Shown here: positions 19,327 through 28,853 of the stretch, piece after piece
Layout: every line of letters starts with the position of its first letter
How positions within the stretch are numbered: the stretch's first letter is position 1
The notes under the pieces: generated by a model
What the model was told of the DNA's origin: nothing
The model's database searches: none
What the model saw: the letters and a program-made list of their open reading frames with translations, nothing else
DNA from: an uncultured virus (IMG/VR IMGVR_UViG_3300009119_000001)
Taxonomy: Duplodnaviria; Heunggongvirae; Uroviricota; Caudoviricetes
IMG/VR virus record: IMGVR_UViG_3300009119_000001
Span: 1-63,018 of that record
Strand: one strand, 5' to 3'
Length of the DNA stretch: 63,018 bases
Translations under genes and position numbers: made by a program

Positions 19327-19398
19327 TTATTTATTCATTACGTACATTGTTACTTCAAAGCCAAAACGCATTTCTGTAGCAGCAGGTTTAGTCCACAT
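19327..19398 (-). CDS. pqqA: pyrroloquinoline quinone precursor peptide PqqA
   Basis: Absent from the ORF track. Hand translation MWTKPAATEMRFGFEVTMYVMNK* with the W..P...R.G.EVTMY signature (ExxxY); RBS AGGAG 6 nt upstream. Confidence 0.95.
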   Translation of the reverse strand: MWTKPAATEMRFGFEVTMYVMNK

Positions 19399-19509
19399 AA
19401 TAATCTCCTAATTTGGTTTTGCGCATTTTATTGCGCTTTCTATACATATTGGTATGTATATGTACACATTGTGCGCTTTTTTATACATATCACCATACGT
19501 AGAATCATT

Positions 19510-19532
19510 AAAAAAGCCCACCGAAGTGGGCT
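19510..19532 (-). terminator. rho-independent terminator after the major capsid gene
   Basis: AGCCCAC-TTCG-GTGGGCT followed by a T tract. Confidence 0.9.
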
Positions 19533-19564
19533 CTAAACGTACCGGGTTTCCCCTGTCAGTTTAA

Positions 19565-20473
19565 TTAGGCACCGGCAGAGCCGTACATACCTAGTGGATC
19601 TGAATAGCCAAAGCTATAACGTTCACGTGATTTGTAGCGAACATTACCTGTGTCGAAGTCACCGTCCATTGAAGTAGACAGTGGTGAACGAACAAAGTGC
19701 TTCATACCGTTTGGCACGTCAGTAGTCAAGAACCATGCGTTTGTGTCGGTCAAGAAGTGGTTAATTGCGTAACCTTCTGGGATTGAACCGTTGTTTTTCA
19801 ACGCATTGATGTCATTGTCAGCTGTACCTACACGCAGTTCAGTTTCCAACAAGCGAGTTGCAACGAATTGCAGTGCTGGTGGGATAACCAACTTTTTAGG
19901 TTTAGCAGCAATCAGCAAACCGCGCTCATCAGTCCATGCTGCGATCTGAATAACTGCGTTTTCCAATGAAGTCTCGTTCAAATCTGACGCTACTGTTGGA
20001 ACGTTGCTGTTCACACCACCAGTTACTAATGGGTGGTCATTTGCAAACAATGCTTTACCATCACCGCCCGGGTATGAAGCACTGAAGCCGTTGTTTAGAA
20101 CGTTAGCCGCTTTAACCTGTTTGGTGTATGCCATAGCACGAGCCAGAGCTTTAGTGTAGCGAGCAGATAAAGTGTCATACAAGTTATCTTCTACTGCTTC
20201 TTCAGTCAAGCTGAAGCCCAAAGCGATGGTTTCGTGTGTGTATCGAGCAGTCCATGCTTCTTGAGCATTGTCGTAAGCGATGGCGTTGCCTTCGTTTTTA
20301 ACAGGTGCCGCTGAGAAGCCAGACAGTTTTGTTTCTTCCTCGAAAGAACGCTCTGAGGTCTCTGTTTCGTAGATCTCTTTGTGTTCTTCGCCGTAACGCT
20401 TGTACTCTAAGCCGAACAATGCGTTCAGACCCGGTAAAAGCTCTTTAAGTAGTTGTGCGCGTGAAATAGCCAT
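19565..20473 (-). CDS. major capsid protein (Mu gpT-like, HK97 fold)
   Basis: MAISRAQLLKELLPGLNALFG, PKKLVIPPAL and RERYSFG.SD motifs; highly biased codons; followed by a terminator. Confidence 0.9.
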   Translation of the reverse strand: MAISRAQLLKELLPGLNALFGLEYKRYGEEHKEIYETETSERSFEEETKLSGFSAAPVKNEGNAIAYDNAQEAWTARYTHETIALGFSLTEEAVEDNLYDTLSARYTKALARAMAYTKQVKAANVLNNGFSASYPGGDGKALFANDHPLVTGGVNSNVPTVASDLNETSLENAVIQIAAWTDERGLLIAAKPKKLVIPPALQFVATRLLETELRVGTADNDINALKNNGSIPEGYAINHFLTDTNAWFLTTDVPNGMKHFVRSPLSTSMDGDFDTGNVRYKSRERYSFGYSDPLGMYGSAGA

Positions 20474-20485
20474 TATTTATTCTCC

Positions 20486-21088
20486 TTAATCGCCAACGCC
20501 GGTACCATTGTAATAGCTATGGATACCAAAGTTAAATTTAACGATACAATCAGTATATGCATCACCAACAGTAGAGAATGGGCCATTTACAAAATCAACC
20601 AAACGCAATGCGATGGTATTTGTAGTGGCACGTGTAGCTACGTCTAGTGAAATTTTAGAATCACCAGTAGTTGTTGAACCTGCGGTTTGGTTAACACCAA
20701 AGTTTGAACCCAACATAGTTTGCGTTACTGCATCATCTGCTTGGATTTGGAACAATGTGTCTGGATCGTCACATACATATGCAACAGCATCTGAAGCCGC
20801 AGTACCGGTAGGCCAGTATTGTGAGTTCAAGAAGTATTTCAATGTAGGGCTTGTGTATGCACAACCTAAGAATACGCCCACTACACCAGCTGGGAATTGA
20901 TCCGCGTTTGTACCTACGTTTGTTACTTTTACGATAGTTCCGTCTGCACCGATTGCAACTACATCACCAAAAAAGATATTGGCAGCGTAACCACTAGCGA
21001 TTTTAATTTGACGAGTTGAGCCAGCGAAAGACTGACCACCAATCAAATTAATTGGACGAAGACCGTATGGGGCAGAAGTTGTCGCCAT
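20486..21088 (-). CDS. capsid cement/minor capsid protein
   Basis: APYGLRP..IFFGDVV..VCDDPDTLFQIQAD; directly upstream of the capsid gene. Confidence 0.6.
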   Translation of the reverse strand: MATTSAPYGLRPINLIGGQSFAGSTRQIKIASGYAANIFFGDVVAIGADGTIVKVTNVGTNADQFPAGVVGVFLGCAYTSPTLKYFLNSQYWPTGTAASDAVAYVCDDPDTLFQIQADDAVTQTMLGSNFGVNQTAGSTTTGDSKISLDVATRATTNTIALRLVDFVNGPFSTVGDAYTDCIVKFNFGIHSYYNGTGVGD

Positions 21089-21106
21089 AATAAATCTCCT
21101 AAAAAA

Positions 21107-21556
21107 TTATTTACCTTTACCGAACGATGTCGTTGTGCGTTTCTCTTTAAATAGAGGCATACGTGCATCGTTTTCCTTCATGAAGCTGTTGTCAATAGCA
21201 TCAGTTTGAGACTGGGTCTGTTTACTGTAATACGCTGCGCGTTGCTCAACAAATTCTTCCGGGGTTTTCATTAAAATCAATCCACCAATTTCAATCGAGT
21301 CGGTAAATTTAGACTCGGTATTAGTGTAAAGATGTGCCTCTGGGTGCTCTGACAATTTGACAGGTTCCCAGCCTTCTCGCATTTTTGAAGAAACGTTTTG
21401 GGCATCTGCTTGACCTGCCATACTTGTACGGACCCAACGATGTGCCCAACCGGGCTCTTTAGCAATTTCAGGCAATAGAGCAGCTGGTGCCCATTGTGCT
21501 TGACGCTTAAATACTTCTCGTGTGTCGAATTCGCGGTTTTGTCTATTATCAGCCAT
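21107..21556 (-). CDS. conserved head-module protein
   Basis: W.P...LP...GWAHRWVR..REGWEPV..IGGLILMK. Confidence 0.6.
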   Translation of the reverse strand: MADNRQNREFDTREVFKRQAQWAPAALLPEIAKEPGWAHRWVRTSMAGQADAQNVSSKMREGWEPVKLSEHPEAHLYTNTESKFTDSIEIGGLILMKTPEEFVEQRAAYYSKQTQSQTDAIDNSFMKENDARMPLFKEKRTTTSFGKGK

Positions 21557-22530
21557 TATTTATTCTCCAATTTCAATGCCTCACGTGCATAATGTTCCGG
21601 TGTTACTCCTAATTTCCGTGCCAATTGAGCAGCAGACTTAGTAATATGTACTTTTTTTGGCGCGGTACTACGCGATGCCGAAGCAACTACTGTGGGCGGT
21701 TTAGTGCGTTGGGCGGGTGCTTCCTCGTCCAGCGTAGAGTCCCCAAAATATTCTGGGAAACGTTTGCGCATCGTATCATCTATACGACGGTAATAATCAT
21801 CTGAGGTTGGGTTTATGCCCGATCTAACAAGCTTCTCATGCAACCCCAAGGCTAAGCTTGTCATTTCCTCATCTTGTCCAAACCATGTATTTTTCTCTTG
21901 CCATCCAAGAGCTTTTACGTCTGGTCTAGGAGCTTGGGGTCGTTCTTGTGGTATATATACTTCATTTTTTTGTTCTTGTAAAGCACTTTCGTACTGTGGT
22001 TTATAATTTTGTGTCTGATTAAGCTTAAATTGAGCCTCAGTCATGCGTTGTTGGGCATCAATGAGTCGATCAGTGTCTCCAGAATCATACGCTTCACGGT
22101 ATTCGCGCTTAGCTAAACTTAGGTCACTTTCAGCGGATTTTTTAGCGATTTCAATGTACGATTGCTCACCAGAAGTTAGCGTGCTCTTGAGGCGGTTGTT
22201 TTCCTCAATAATAGTTTGGGCATATCGAATTGCCTCTTCACGTTCCCTATCTGCTGCTTCTTTCGCCCGGCGCTCGTCGTGCCATACCTTTTTAAGTTGA
22301 GACATGCGAGTTTTTACTCGCTCTGAATAATCAGTTAGCTCATCTTTTTCTAATTCTTGGACAACCTCCGCAGGGAGAGGGGTTCTATCTCGGTCTTGTG
22401 GTGGGGTGTCATCGATAATATCGACCTCAACTTCATCCGAACCTAAACTTTCTTCTGCGGGTTCAGTGCCCGTACCTTCATCTTTCTCGTCCGGAAACAC
22501 AAACTCATCGCTTTCAAATGTATTCGCCAT
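21556..22530 (-). CDS. capsid scaffolding protein
   Basis: Acidic N-terminus, long coiled coil, W..KN.WFG, C-terminal ARKLGVTPEHYA. Confidence 0.7.
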   Translation of the reverse strand: MANTFESDEFVFPDEKDEGTGTEPAEESLGSDEVEVDIIDDTPPQDRDRTPLPAEVVQELEKDELTDYSERVKTRMSQLKKVWHDERRAKEAADREREEAIRYAQTIIEENNRLKSTLTSGEQSYIEIAKKSAESDLSLAKREYREAYDSGDTDRLIDAQQRMTEAQFKLNQTQNYKPQYESALQEQKNEVYIPQERPQAPRPDVKALGWQEKNTWFGQDEEMTSLALGLHEKLVRSGINPTSDDYYRRIDDTMRKRFPEYFGDSTLDEEAPAQRTKPPTVVASASRSTAPKKVHITKSAAQLARKLGVTPEHYAREALKLENK

Positions 22531-22542
22531 ACTATTTCTCCT

Positions 22543-22944
22543 TTATGCGCGGGAATATCCGCGTGGGTCGTCCACAATACCTTCAACAGAATCGTCGTTT
22601 AAAATTCTAAACTCACGGCCATGAATCTTAAATCGAGTGCCAGCGTATGCTCTAGTCAATACAAAATCACCTTCTTTACACCATGGTCCAGTAGGAAACC
22701 TTGATTCATCTTTGTAGCATAAATCACCCATTTTAAGCACGAACAACACTACCGTTGAATTCTCCTCAATCCGCTTTGTAGACGAATCTTTGATAATCCC
22801 ACTGTCGTAAGCATCCTCTGCTTCTGGGACCGCACATAAGATACGATATCCTTTAGGCTCTGGAAGTTGTGTGGCTTTCTGCTCATCCTGTTTGTTCAAG
22901 ATCTGCGATAGGTCAACTGCTTGACCTAAGTTTAAATCACTCAT
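22543..22944 (-). CDS. GroES-like co-chaperonin
   Basis: P.GYRIL, SGII, KEGDFV...YAGT.FKI.G.EFRILNDDSV.G matches the Cpn10 pattern. Confidence 0.8.
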   Translation of the reverse strand: MSDLNLGQAVDLSQILNKQDEQKATQLPEPKGYRILCAVPEAEDAYDSGIIKDSSTKRIEENSTVVLFVLKMGDLCYKDESRFPTGPWCKEGDFVLTRAYAGTRFKIHGREFRILNDDSVEGIVDDPRGYSRA

Positions 22945-23128
22945 CTGAGTTCTCCATTTGTTTTGCGAGGTCTAAAATACTACGTTGCGCCATAAGGATC
23001 CCCCGAACAATCCCTGTGGTATATCTATACTCGTCGTACGACTTGGGGGCGCCATCCCCCAAGGATTCTAAGATTGTTTTGCGTTCTTCTTCGAGTTGCG
23101 AGACTAAAAGCTCGAGTGTTTCATTCAT
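22937..23128 (-). CDS. small head-module protein
   Basis: 63 aa, YDEYRY..G.VRG; coupled to the portal stop codon. Confidence 0.6.
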   Translation of the reverse strand: MNETLELLVSQLEEERKTILESLGDGAPKSYDEYRYTTGIVRGILMAQRSILDLAKQMENSDE

Positions 23129-25635
23129 TATTCAGCTTCTCCTTTGGGTTGTTGCGGCTGCCTAACTGCTGAGGCCCGCACTTGAGCCCGTTCTGTAGAA
23201 CTCATCTGGGCTTTAGATTTAGCAATGTCAGCACCGATGCGTACACCTTCCATCTGCTGGTTAGCTTCAAGCTTAGCTTTATCCCCTGTAGCCTTGAGAC
23301 CCATCTGAGCACCAGTTTTGCGTTCCTCTGACTGAATACGCATGATATCAACCTGTAACTTAGCTTTATCAAGCTCGATATCCGCCTGTGACTTCTGGGC
23401 TTTAATCTGAACTTCTTGGGCTTTAAGTTGTAGCTCTTGCTGCTGCATCTGTACCAACGGGTCTTGTGCTTGCTGTTGCGCTTGCTCTTGCTGCGCCTCG
23501 CTCTCGTTTTTGGCTAGTAGTTGTTTAGCTGCTTGTGCGGTGAGGCGTGACAACTGTACTTCTACTTGCTCTGTTAGTTTCTCTTCCGGAGCCGGGAGTG
23601 CCGCACCTAACTGTTCTTCAATCTGCGCACGATATGCGTAACCCAAGTGCTCACTGATGTGCGCAACAAACGCTGATGATATTGCCTGAGCCTGTGGCGC
23701 CTGACCGATGAGCTTTGCCATCTTCGGATCTTTTAGCGCCGCCATATGTACTTCAATGTGTGCTTGGTGGTCCTGATAGATGAACGCTTTCGCCGGCTTG
23801 CCGTTGATCATATTCATGTTCTCAGACACTGGGTCTCGAGGGGTATCAGTCTCTGCAGCTGGGATGAGCTTGCCAATGTTCTTGACGCCTAACACTTCCA
23901 ACATCTGCTTGTTGAGCTCTACCATGTCGTAGATCTGAGGACTGTCCTTGGCCATCTGCATAACAGCTTGGTACTGAACTACTTTCTGGCTCATTGTAGC
24001 TGCGTTAGGATCAGACACTGGAATTACAGTCACCATGTCATAGTCGCTACGCTTAGCCCTACGGTCGCCCTCTATCGGGTCATATGAATAGTCGTCCGGG
24101 GTGTAGTCTCGAATAATCCCTGCTAACAACTTGAACTCTTGCTTCATCGCATAGTGAATTCTTGCCTGAACTGCTGACATCACTTTTAGAGTGCGCTCAA
24201 GAATTGCCAACGTAGTACCCACCGGGCTATTTGCGGACATGTCTGACACTTTAAGATCGGCTGCATTTGCAAACGCTTTACCCTCAGCGATAATCTGATT
24301 CATCAAACTCTGCAATACTTGGCTTGGCTCTTTGTATGGAAGCGGAAGAATGTTATCTCTAATCGTGCCTGACGGAACGTCAACATCACGGAACTCTGCC
24401 GGAGCAATTGGAGTGTCGTCACCTTTAATACGCAAGCCACGTGATTTAAACCCGCCCGGTAGATTTGCCAAAGTACCAGCGTCTACTAATTGACGTAGCA
24501 ACATGGTGCCTGATTTAGCAGTAGCACCGATCAGGTGGATCATACCGAAGCAATAGAACCCGAATCCCGGGATGTAGCCATAATGTACGAAGTGCTGACG
24601 TTTCTGTTTTGTCTCGTCTTCTGGGTTCCAGTTCCTACGAATTGCTAGGATCTCACCTGTGCCTCTATCTAGCGTTACTACGTATGGTAGTGCAATACCT
24701 GTTTCTTCACCGTCCTCGTCCGTATCTTCATAGCCGGGTAAATCCAAATCTACATGCATCTCAAGGAGCTTGTAGCGGTCGTCCATAGAAGCGTTGAAAC
24801 CCATCTTCTCGGCGATCTTTTTCTCTACCTGCTCAATTGAATGGCTAGGCTCGCCTAGCTCAATATCCCTATAAAAGCCTGCGACCTGTAGCTTGCGAAG
24901 TTCATTCTCTGTTTTACGCATTACGTGTGTTACACGTGGCGCTGTTTCTAAGGACGACGCACCATAAGGCACTACAATGTCCTCAGCAGGAATAAACATA
25001 GACGCTTGGCGTTGCAACGATGGATCGTAGTAAACCTTTTTAAACGCATTACCACTTAAACCCAAACCCCATAACATACGCTCATGCTCTGGCCTGAATT
25101 CTGGCATTACGTCTGTAAGCTGGTAGTTCATATCTTCTTTTACACGAACTGCGGCTTCTTCCTTCTCAGGAGTTAGCTTACCAATGATCTGCGTTTTTAC
25201 TGGGCCGGCAGCTGGGAAAGTCTCCATCATAGTCTCAGCTTGGAACTTAACTAACGCTTCCGCCATAATCGGGTGGAACACACTACATGCTCCGGGCCAT
25301 GGCTCCGTACGATCTTCTACCTTCATGCCAAGTAACTCAATGCCGTCAGCGTACGTATCTAACCAGTCCTTACGGGAATTTACATCCGTTTCATACTCGC
25401 CAAGTAAGTCGCCAGATAGCTCTGCAAGATCACCCTCGGACATGTATTCCGCCAAGTTTGCATCGAAGTCTTCATTCGACTCTTCTTCTGGTTCCAGCTG
25501 GACCGTTAAGCCGTTCATAGAGATCTCAACGCTCTCTGGATCCTCAATCTCAATTTCTAAATCCGGCTGATCCCCAATTAAATCTTCGAGCCCCTGCGGT
25601 GCCGCGTACACACTTTTATCTATATTTGTTGCCAT
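23128..25635 (-). CDS. portal protein (P22-like, long C-terminal barrel)
   Basis: 835 aa after the terminase; SRKDW, G.AFKKVYYD, GFYCFG; Gln-rich coiled-coil tail. Confidence 0.85.
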   Translation of the reverse strand: MATNIDKSVYAAPQGLEDLIGDQPDLEIEIEDPESVEISMNGLTVQLEPEEESNEDFDANLAEYMSEGDLAELSGDLLGEYETDVNSRKDWLDTYADGIELLGMKVEDRTEPWPGACSVFHPIMAEALVKFQAETMMETFPAAGPVKTQIIGKLTPEKEEAAVRVKEDMNYQLTDVMPEFRPEHERMLWGLGLSGNAFKKVYYDPSLQRQASMFIPAEDIVVPYGASSLETAPRVTHVMRKTENELRKLQVAGFYRDIELGEPSHSIEQVEKKIAEKMGFNASMDDRYKLLEMHVDLDLPGYEDTDEDGEETGIALPYVVTLDRGTGEILAIRRNWNPEDETKQKRQHFVHYGYIPGFGFYCFGMIHLIGATAKSGTMLLRQLVDAGTLANLPGGFKSRGLRIKGDDTPIAPAEFRDVDVPSGTIRDNILPLPYKEPSQVLQSLMNQIIAEGKAFANAADLKVSDMSANSPVGTTLAILERTLKVMSAVQARIHYAMKQEFKLLAGIIRDYTPDDYSYDPIEGDRRAKRSDYDMVTVIPVSDPNAATMSQKVVQYQAVMQMAKDSPQIYDMVELNKQMLEVLGVKNIGKLIPAAETDTPRDPVSENMNMINGKPAKAFIYQDHQAHIEVHMAALKDPKMAKLIGQAPQAQAISSAFVAHISEHLGYAYRAQIEEQLGAALPAPEEKLTEQVEVQLSRLTAQAAKQLLAKNESEAQQEQAQQQAQDPLVQMQQQELQLKAQEVQIKAQKSQADIELDKAKLQVDIMRIQSEERKTGAQMGLKATGDKAKLEANQQMEGVRIGADIAKSKAQMSSTERAQVRASAVRQPQQPKGEAE

Positions 25636-25655
25636 GTTTTATCCTTTGTGTCGTA

Positions 25656-27179
25656 TTAAAGTGCGTACAGCACTTTTCCTTTTGAACTTCTAAACCCGTC
25701 TGGTTCGTCCTCATAGTCTGTCTGCAATCGTAAGAACCCGCCACGTCTAAACCGCAGCAGCGCTTGGGTCATCGAGTCAACTAAGTCATCATGCTCTCCT
25801 GACGGGAACGAAGCAACCTCATCCACCATCTCTTCCGCCCAGCTAGTATCTGGAACCCATACCCGCCCTGACGCAAATATATCAGATACTGCGTTTAACC
25901 TAGCAATCTTGTCATTCCCTTTTGACGGTGTAAACTCTTGCACCGGTATACCCATTGCCCGCAACTCAAATATTAGCGGGGTTCCGGACGCCTTAGCCTC
26001 TACAATCAGAGAGTCTGGCTGCCAATATGTATACGCCTCCATAACCCTTTGTTTTAATTCCGGAAACTCCATCCGATCCTTAACAACGTCGAGCAGTATT
26101 ATATTCGCTTGTGGGATTCCTGTGTCATCGTCTTTATAAAATATTCCCCAAGTAGTACCCGCACTAAAGTCGGACCGTTGAGTCTTAAGGAACGCTGTAT
26201 CCCAAGACTGTATAACAAACTCACACTCAGGGGCAGTTTCTTTCTCCCATATCTTCCACCATTCCCGTTTTACGATAGCAGATTCTTCAGATGTAGGCTG
26301 TTGTTGGTACTGCGCCATCCATTTAGAGTTAGGCAACTCGTTTTTAAGCGCCTCTAATTGATCTTTTGGCCAAAACTCAGGCCACAGGGGGCGCCCGCTA
26401 GGCAATAACGCAGGGAACTCAATAACTTCCCACTCTTCTCCCCCTCGTTGGGCCGCGGATTTCAAAACTCGCCCTGTCAGGTCCTTCTTAGACCACCTAG
26501 TCATAACAACCACGATAGCCCCACCCGGTTGCAGACGCTGCCTAGGGCCTGATGTATACCACTCGTACGTCTTATCGTACACTTCCGGGTTAACCTCGGC
26601 TAGGGCGGCCTCTTGCTCGCTGTGTGGGTCATCGATGATCAGAATATCCGCACCTTTACCGGTAACGGCACCGCCAATACCGATCGCAAAGTAGTCACCA
26701 CCCTTGTTTGTGTTCCACCGACCCGCTGCTTTTGAGTCTGCTTGCAGCCCCATGTCCGGAAATATCGATTTATACGCCTCAGAGTCGACTAAGTTACGCA
26801 CTTTACGACCAAAACCTACCGCAAGTTCTGCTGTATGGGACGTCTGGATCACTTTTCTGTTTGGGTACTTACCTAAAAACCATGCCGGCAGTAGGTACGA
26901 GGCGAATTCTGACTTTGTGTGGCGTGGTGGCATGTTGATTATCAAGCGTTTTACTTCTCCACTGGCAACTCTCTCGAACGCCTCAGCCATTTTCTCGTGG
27001 TGTGCCCCATGAATAAACGATGGCCATACTTGATGCACGAACTCCATGAAAGAATTGGAACATTTCTCAACTTTATTTGCCTTTTCAAACTCTTCCAATA
27101 GCTTTTCTGTAGCCACCCGCTCATGTTCTGGCATTCTTGGAAGGGCTTTGGCAAGTGCTCTAGCTAATTCGGGGGTCAT
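25656..27179 (-). CDS. terL: terminase large subunit
   Basis: IINMPPRHTKS Walker A, LIIDDP Walker B, VMTRW coupling motif, SWDTA and HDDLVDS nuclease motifs. Confidence 0.95.
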   Translation of the reverse strand: MTPELARALAKALPRMPEHERVATEKLLEEFEKANKVEKCSNSFMEFVHQVWPSFIHGAHHEKMAEAFERVASGEVKRLIINMPPRHTKSEFASYLLPAWFLGKYPNRKVIQTSHTAELAVGFGRKVRNLVDSEAYKSIFPDMGLQADSKAAGRWNTNKGGDYFAIGIGGAVTGKGADILIIDDPHSEQEAALAEVNPEVYDKTYEWYTSGPRQRLQPGGAIVVVMTRWSKKDLTGRVLKSAAQRGGEEWEVIEFPALLPSGRPLWPEFWPKDQLEALKNELPNSKWMAQYQQQPTSEESAIVKREWWKIWEKETAPECEFVIQSWDTAFLKTQRSDFSAGTTWGIFYKDDDTGIPQANIILLDVVKDRMEFPELKQRVMEAYTYWQPDSLIVEAKASGTPLIFELRAMGIPVQEFTPSKGNDKIARLNAVSDIFASGRVWVPDTSWAEEMVDEVASFPSGEHDDLVDSMTQALLRFRRGGFLRLQTDYEDEPDGFRSSKGKVLYAL

Positions 27180-27820
27180 ATCTTGATGTCGTTCAAGTTT
27201 ATATCTGCTGGTGGCACGTAGGGCACAGTAACCTGTGCTTCATCTTCCTCTTGTGAGGTTTCCCCTACGTGTTTCAGTTCTTCTTCGAGAGACTTAACAC
27301 GATCTTCCCTAGAGTCTGGCACAACTTCAACATCCCCCATGTACTTCTCGAGACGGTTCATTAGCTCTTGCTCAATCTCCGCTGTAGATCTTATAGTGTG
27401 TGTAACTTCAACTCGTTCTGTGAACAACCCAACCTCACCGACTTTACCTAAGAGCTCCAAAGCCTTGATCTTAATCTTTGGGTCAGCGTTGTTTGACTCT
27501 TCAATCAATCGGTTTGTTACGTAATTTCTAAGTCTATGGGACGCGTTGAGCAAGCCCTTATCGTATTCGGACAGCAGTGCATCTAGGTGCAGTAAAGTTC
27601 CGGGAGTTACCTTGGCAACGTTAAGTGTTCTTTCTTCTGCGAATAACTTGTGAGAATCAAATACGTCTTCTTCAGACACTTCGATTGGGGCCCCAGCTTC
27701 AGCTAGGATGCGAACAGTATTTACCGCGGCTTTTGCACGGTCTCTAAATTGGGAAATCTCGTCCGGGCTTACATCGAACGGTAATGGGATATTTGCTTCT
27801 GGCGTTATAACCAATGGCAT
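27176..27820 (-). CDS. putative terminase small subunit
   Basis: Overlaps the terL start; KIKALELLGK..VGLFTER motif. Confidence 0.65.
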   Translation of the reverse strand: MPLVITPEANIPLPFDVSPDEISQFRDRAKAAVNTVRILAEAGAPIEVSEEDVFDSHKLFAEERTLNVAKVTPGTLLHLDALLSEYDKGLLNASHRLRNYVTNRLIEESNNADPKIKIKALELLGKVGEVGLFTERVEVTHTIRSTAEIEQELMNRLEKYMGDVEVVPDSREDRVKSLEEELKHVGETSQEEDEAQVTVPYVPPADINLNDIKI

Positions 27821-28157
27821 TAAAAACTTTCCTTTGCGTGATGATCACGTTGTGGGTAAAACCCTATGCAAAATTATATACCCCCCGCCATATAGTACCT
27901 AAATGTTTTTGGTATGGGGGGTGTTTGCTAGATTTGCATAGTTACATACTGGGCTGACTTTGTCAAGGGGGGTGGGGGGTAATTTTTTAAACTTCGTGAT
28001 ATCTCGAGCATATCATAGTGCATAGTCGACGCGGGGAACCTTATCACCATATCGGGACTATACCCCCATAGTGGGGTGCGGCCAATCTCAAATAGCTTAG
28101 TGCCAGCCCGTTAACCCGTATAATACGAAGTATGCCGAAGCAATAACGCGGCGGCTA

Positions 28158-28176
28158 TTTATAAACACTGTTTACA
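28158..28176. promoter_or_regulatory. palindromic box copy 1 (1-nt deletion variant)
   Basis: TTTATAAACA-CTGTTTACA upstream of the RBS of 28196. Confidence 0.55.
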
Positions 28177-28195
28177 TATTGAAAGGTAACACATC

Positions 28196-28702
28196 ATGAC
28201 AAACGCAACCTACACAAACGTCGTATCAGCAACCCAATCAGCTATTAAGGCTGATACAACCAGCCAACAGAAGTGGCTCGACGCCGGCGTCGCAGTACGC
28301 GGCTTCTTCTCAAGTGCCGAAACGTTCCGCGAGGTTAAAAAGCAATTCGAGGCCGACGCAATTATCCCGGCACTTGATAAGAAGTTTCAAGCGTACTTAA
28401 CCGTCGAGATTCCGCGCGGTGACAAAACCGAGCAGGCCGAAGTCAACCGCAAAAACAAAGCAACCGCGCGCGGCTTAGTAGCCTCTTATTTCTCACGCAT
28501 AGAGGCCTACGCTTTCCCGAAAGAAAAGGCCGAGGCAAAACCAACCGACGCGGTAACAGCGTTTGTACGCGACGCGATTAAGCTAGCCCGTAAAGCTCAA
28601 AACCTCGAGGCCGCACCTTTCGACCTACTTAAAGCAATGGGCTTTATAAACGGCCTGCTAAAAGAACTTAATGTATCAAGTGAGACTGAGATAGCCGACT
28701 AA
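28196..28702 (+). CDS. first early gene, hypothetical protein
   Basis: 168 aa, RBS GAAAGG, own terminator, CG-rich codon usage. Confidence 0.75.
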   Translation: MTNATYTNVVSATQSAIKADTTSQQKWLDAGVAVRGFFSSAETFREVKKQFEADAIIPALDKKFQAYLTVEIPRGDKTEQAEVNRKNKATARGLVASYFSRIEAYAFPKEKAEAKPTDAVTAFVRDAIKLARKAQNLEAAPFDLLKAMGFINGLLKELNVSSETEIAD

Positions 28703-28718
28703 TCCTAAACTTAAATTG

Positions 28719-28739
28719 ACCCGCTTCGGCGGGTTTTTT
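28719..28739 (+). terminator. rho-independent terminator
   Basis: ACCCGC-TTCG-GCGGGT followed by TTTTT. Confidence 0.9.
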
Positions 28740-28835
28740 ATCGCCCGCGTTTTATGCCGTGTAAATTGATACCAGTTCCCTATGATGATGTTTATGGCGA
28801 TGGCTCAGCCGATTATGTTTTGGCGTGTTTGAAAA

Positions 28836-28853
28836 TATAAACAGCTGTTTATA
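28836..28853. promoter_or_regulatory. palindromic box copy 2
   Basis: TATAAACAGCTGTTTATA, perfect 18-bp palindrome. Confidence 0.7.

Noticed and set aside
19181-19411. Track ORF 19181..19411 (+)
   Set aside because: TTG start inside the HNH gene and antisense to the much better supported pqqA
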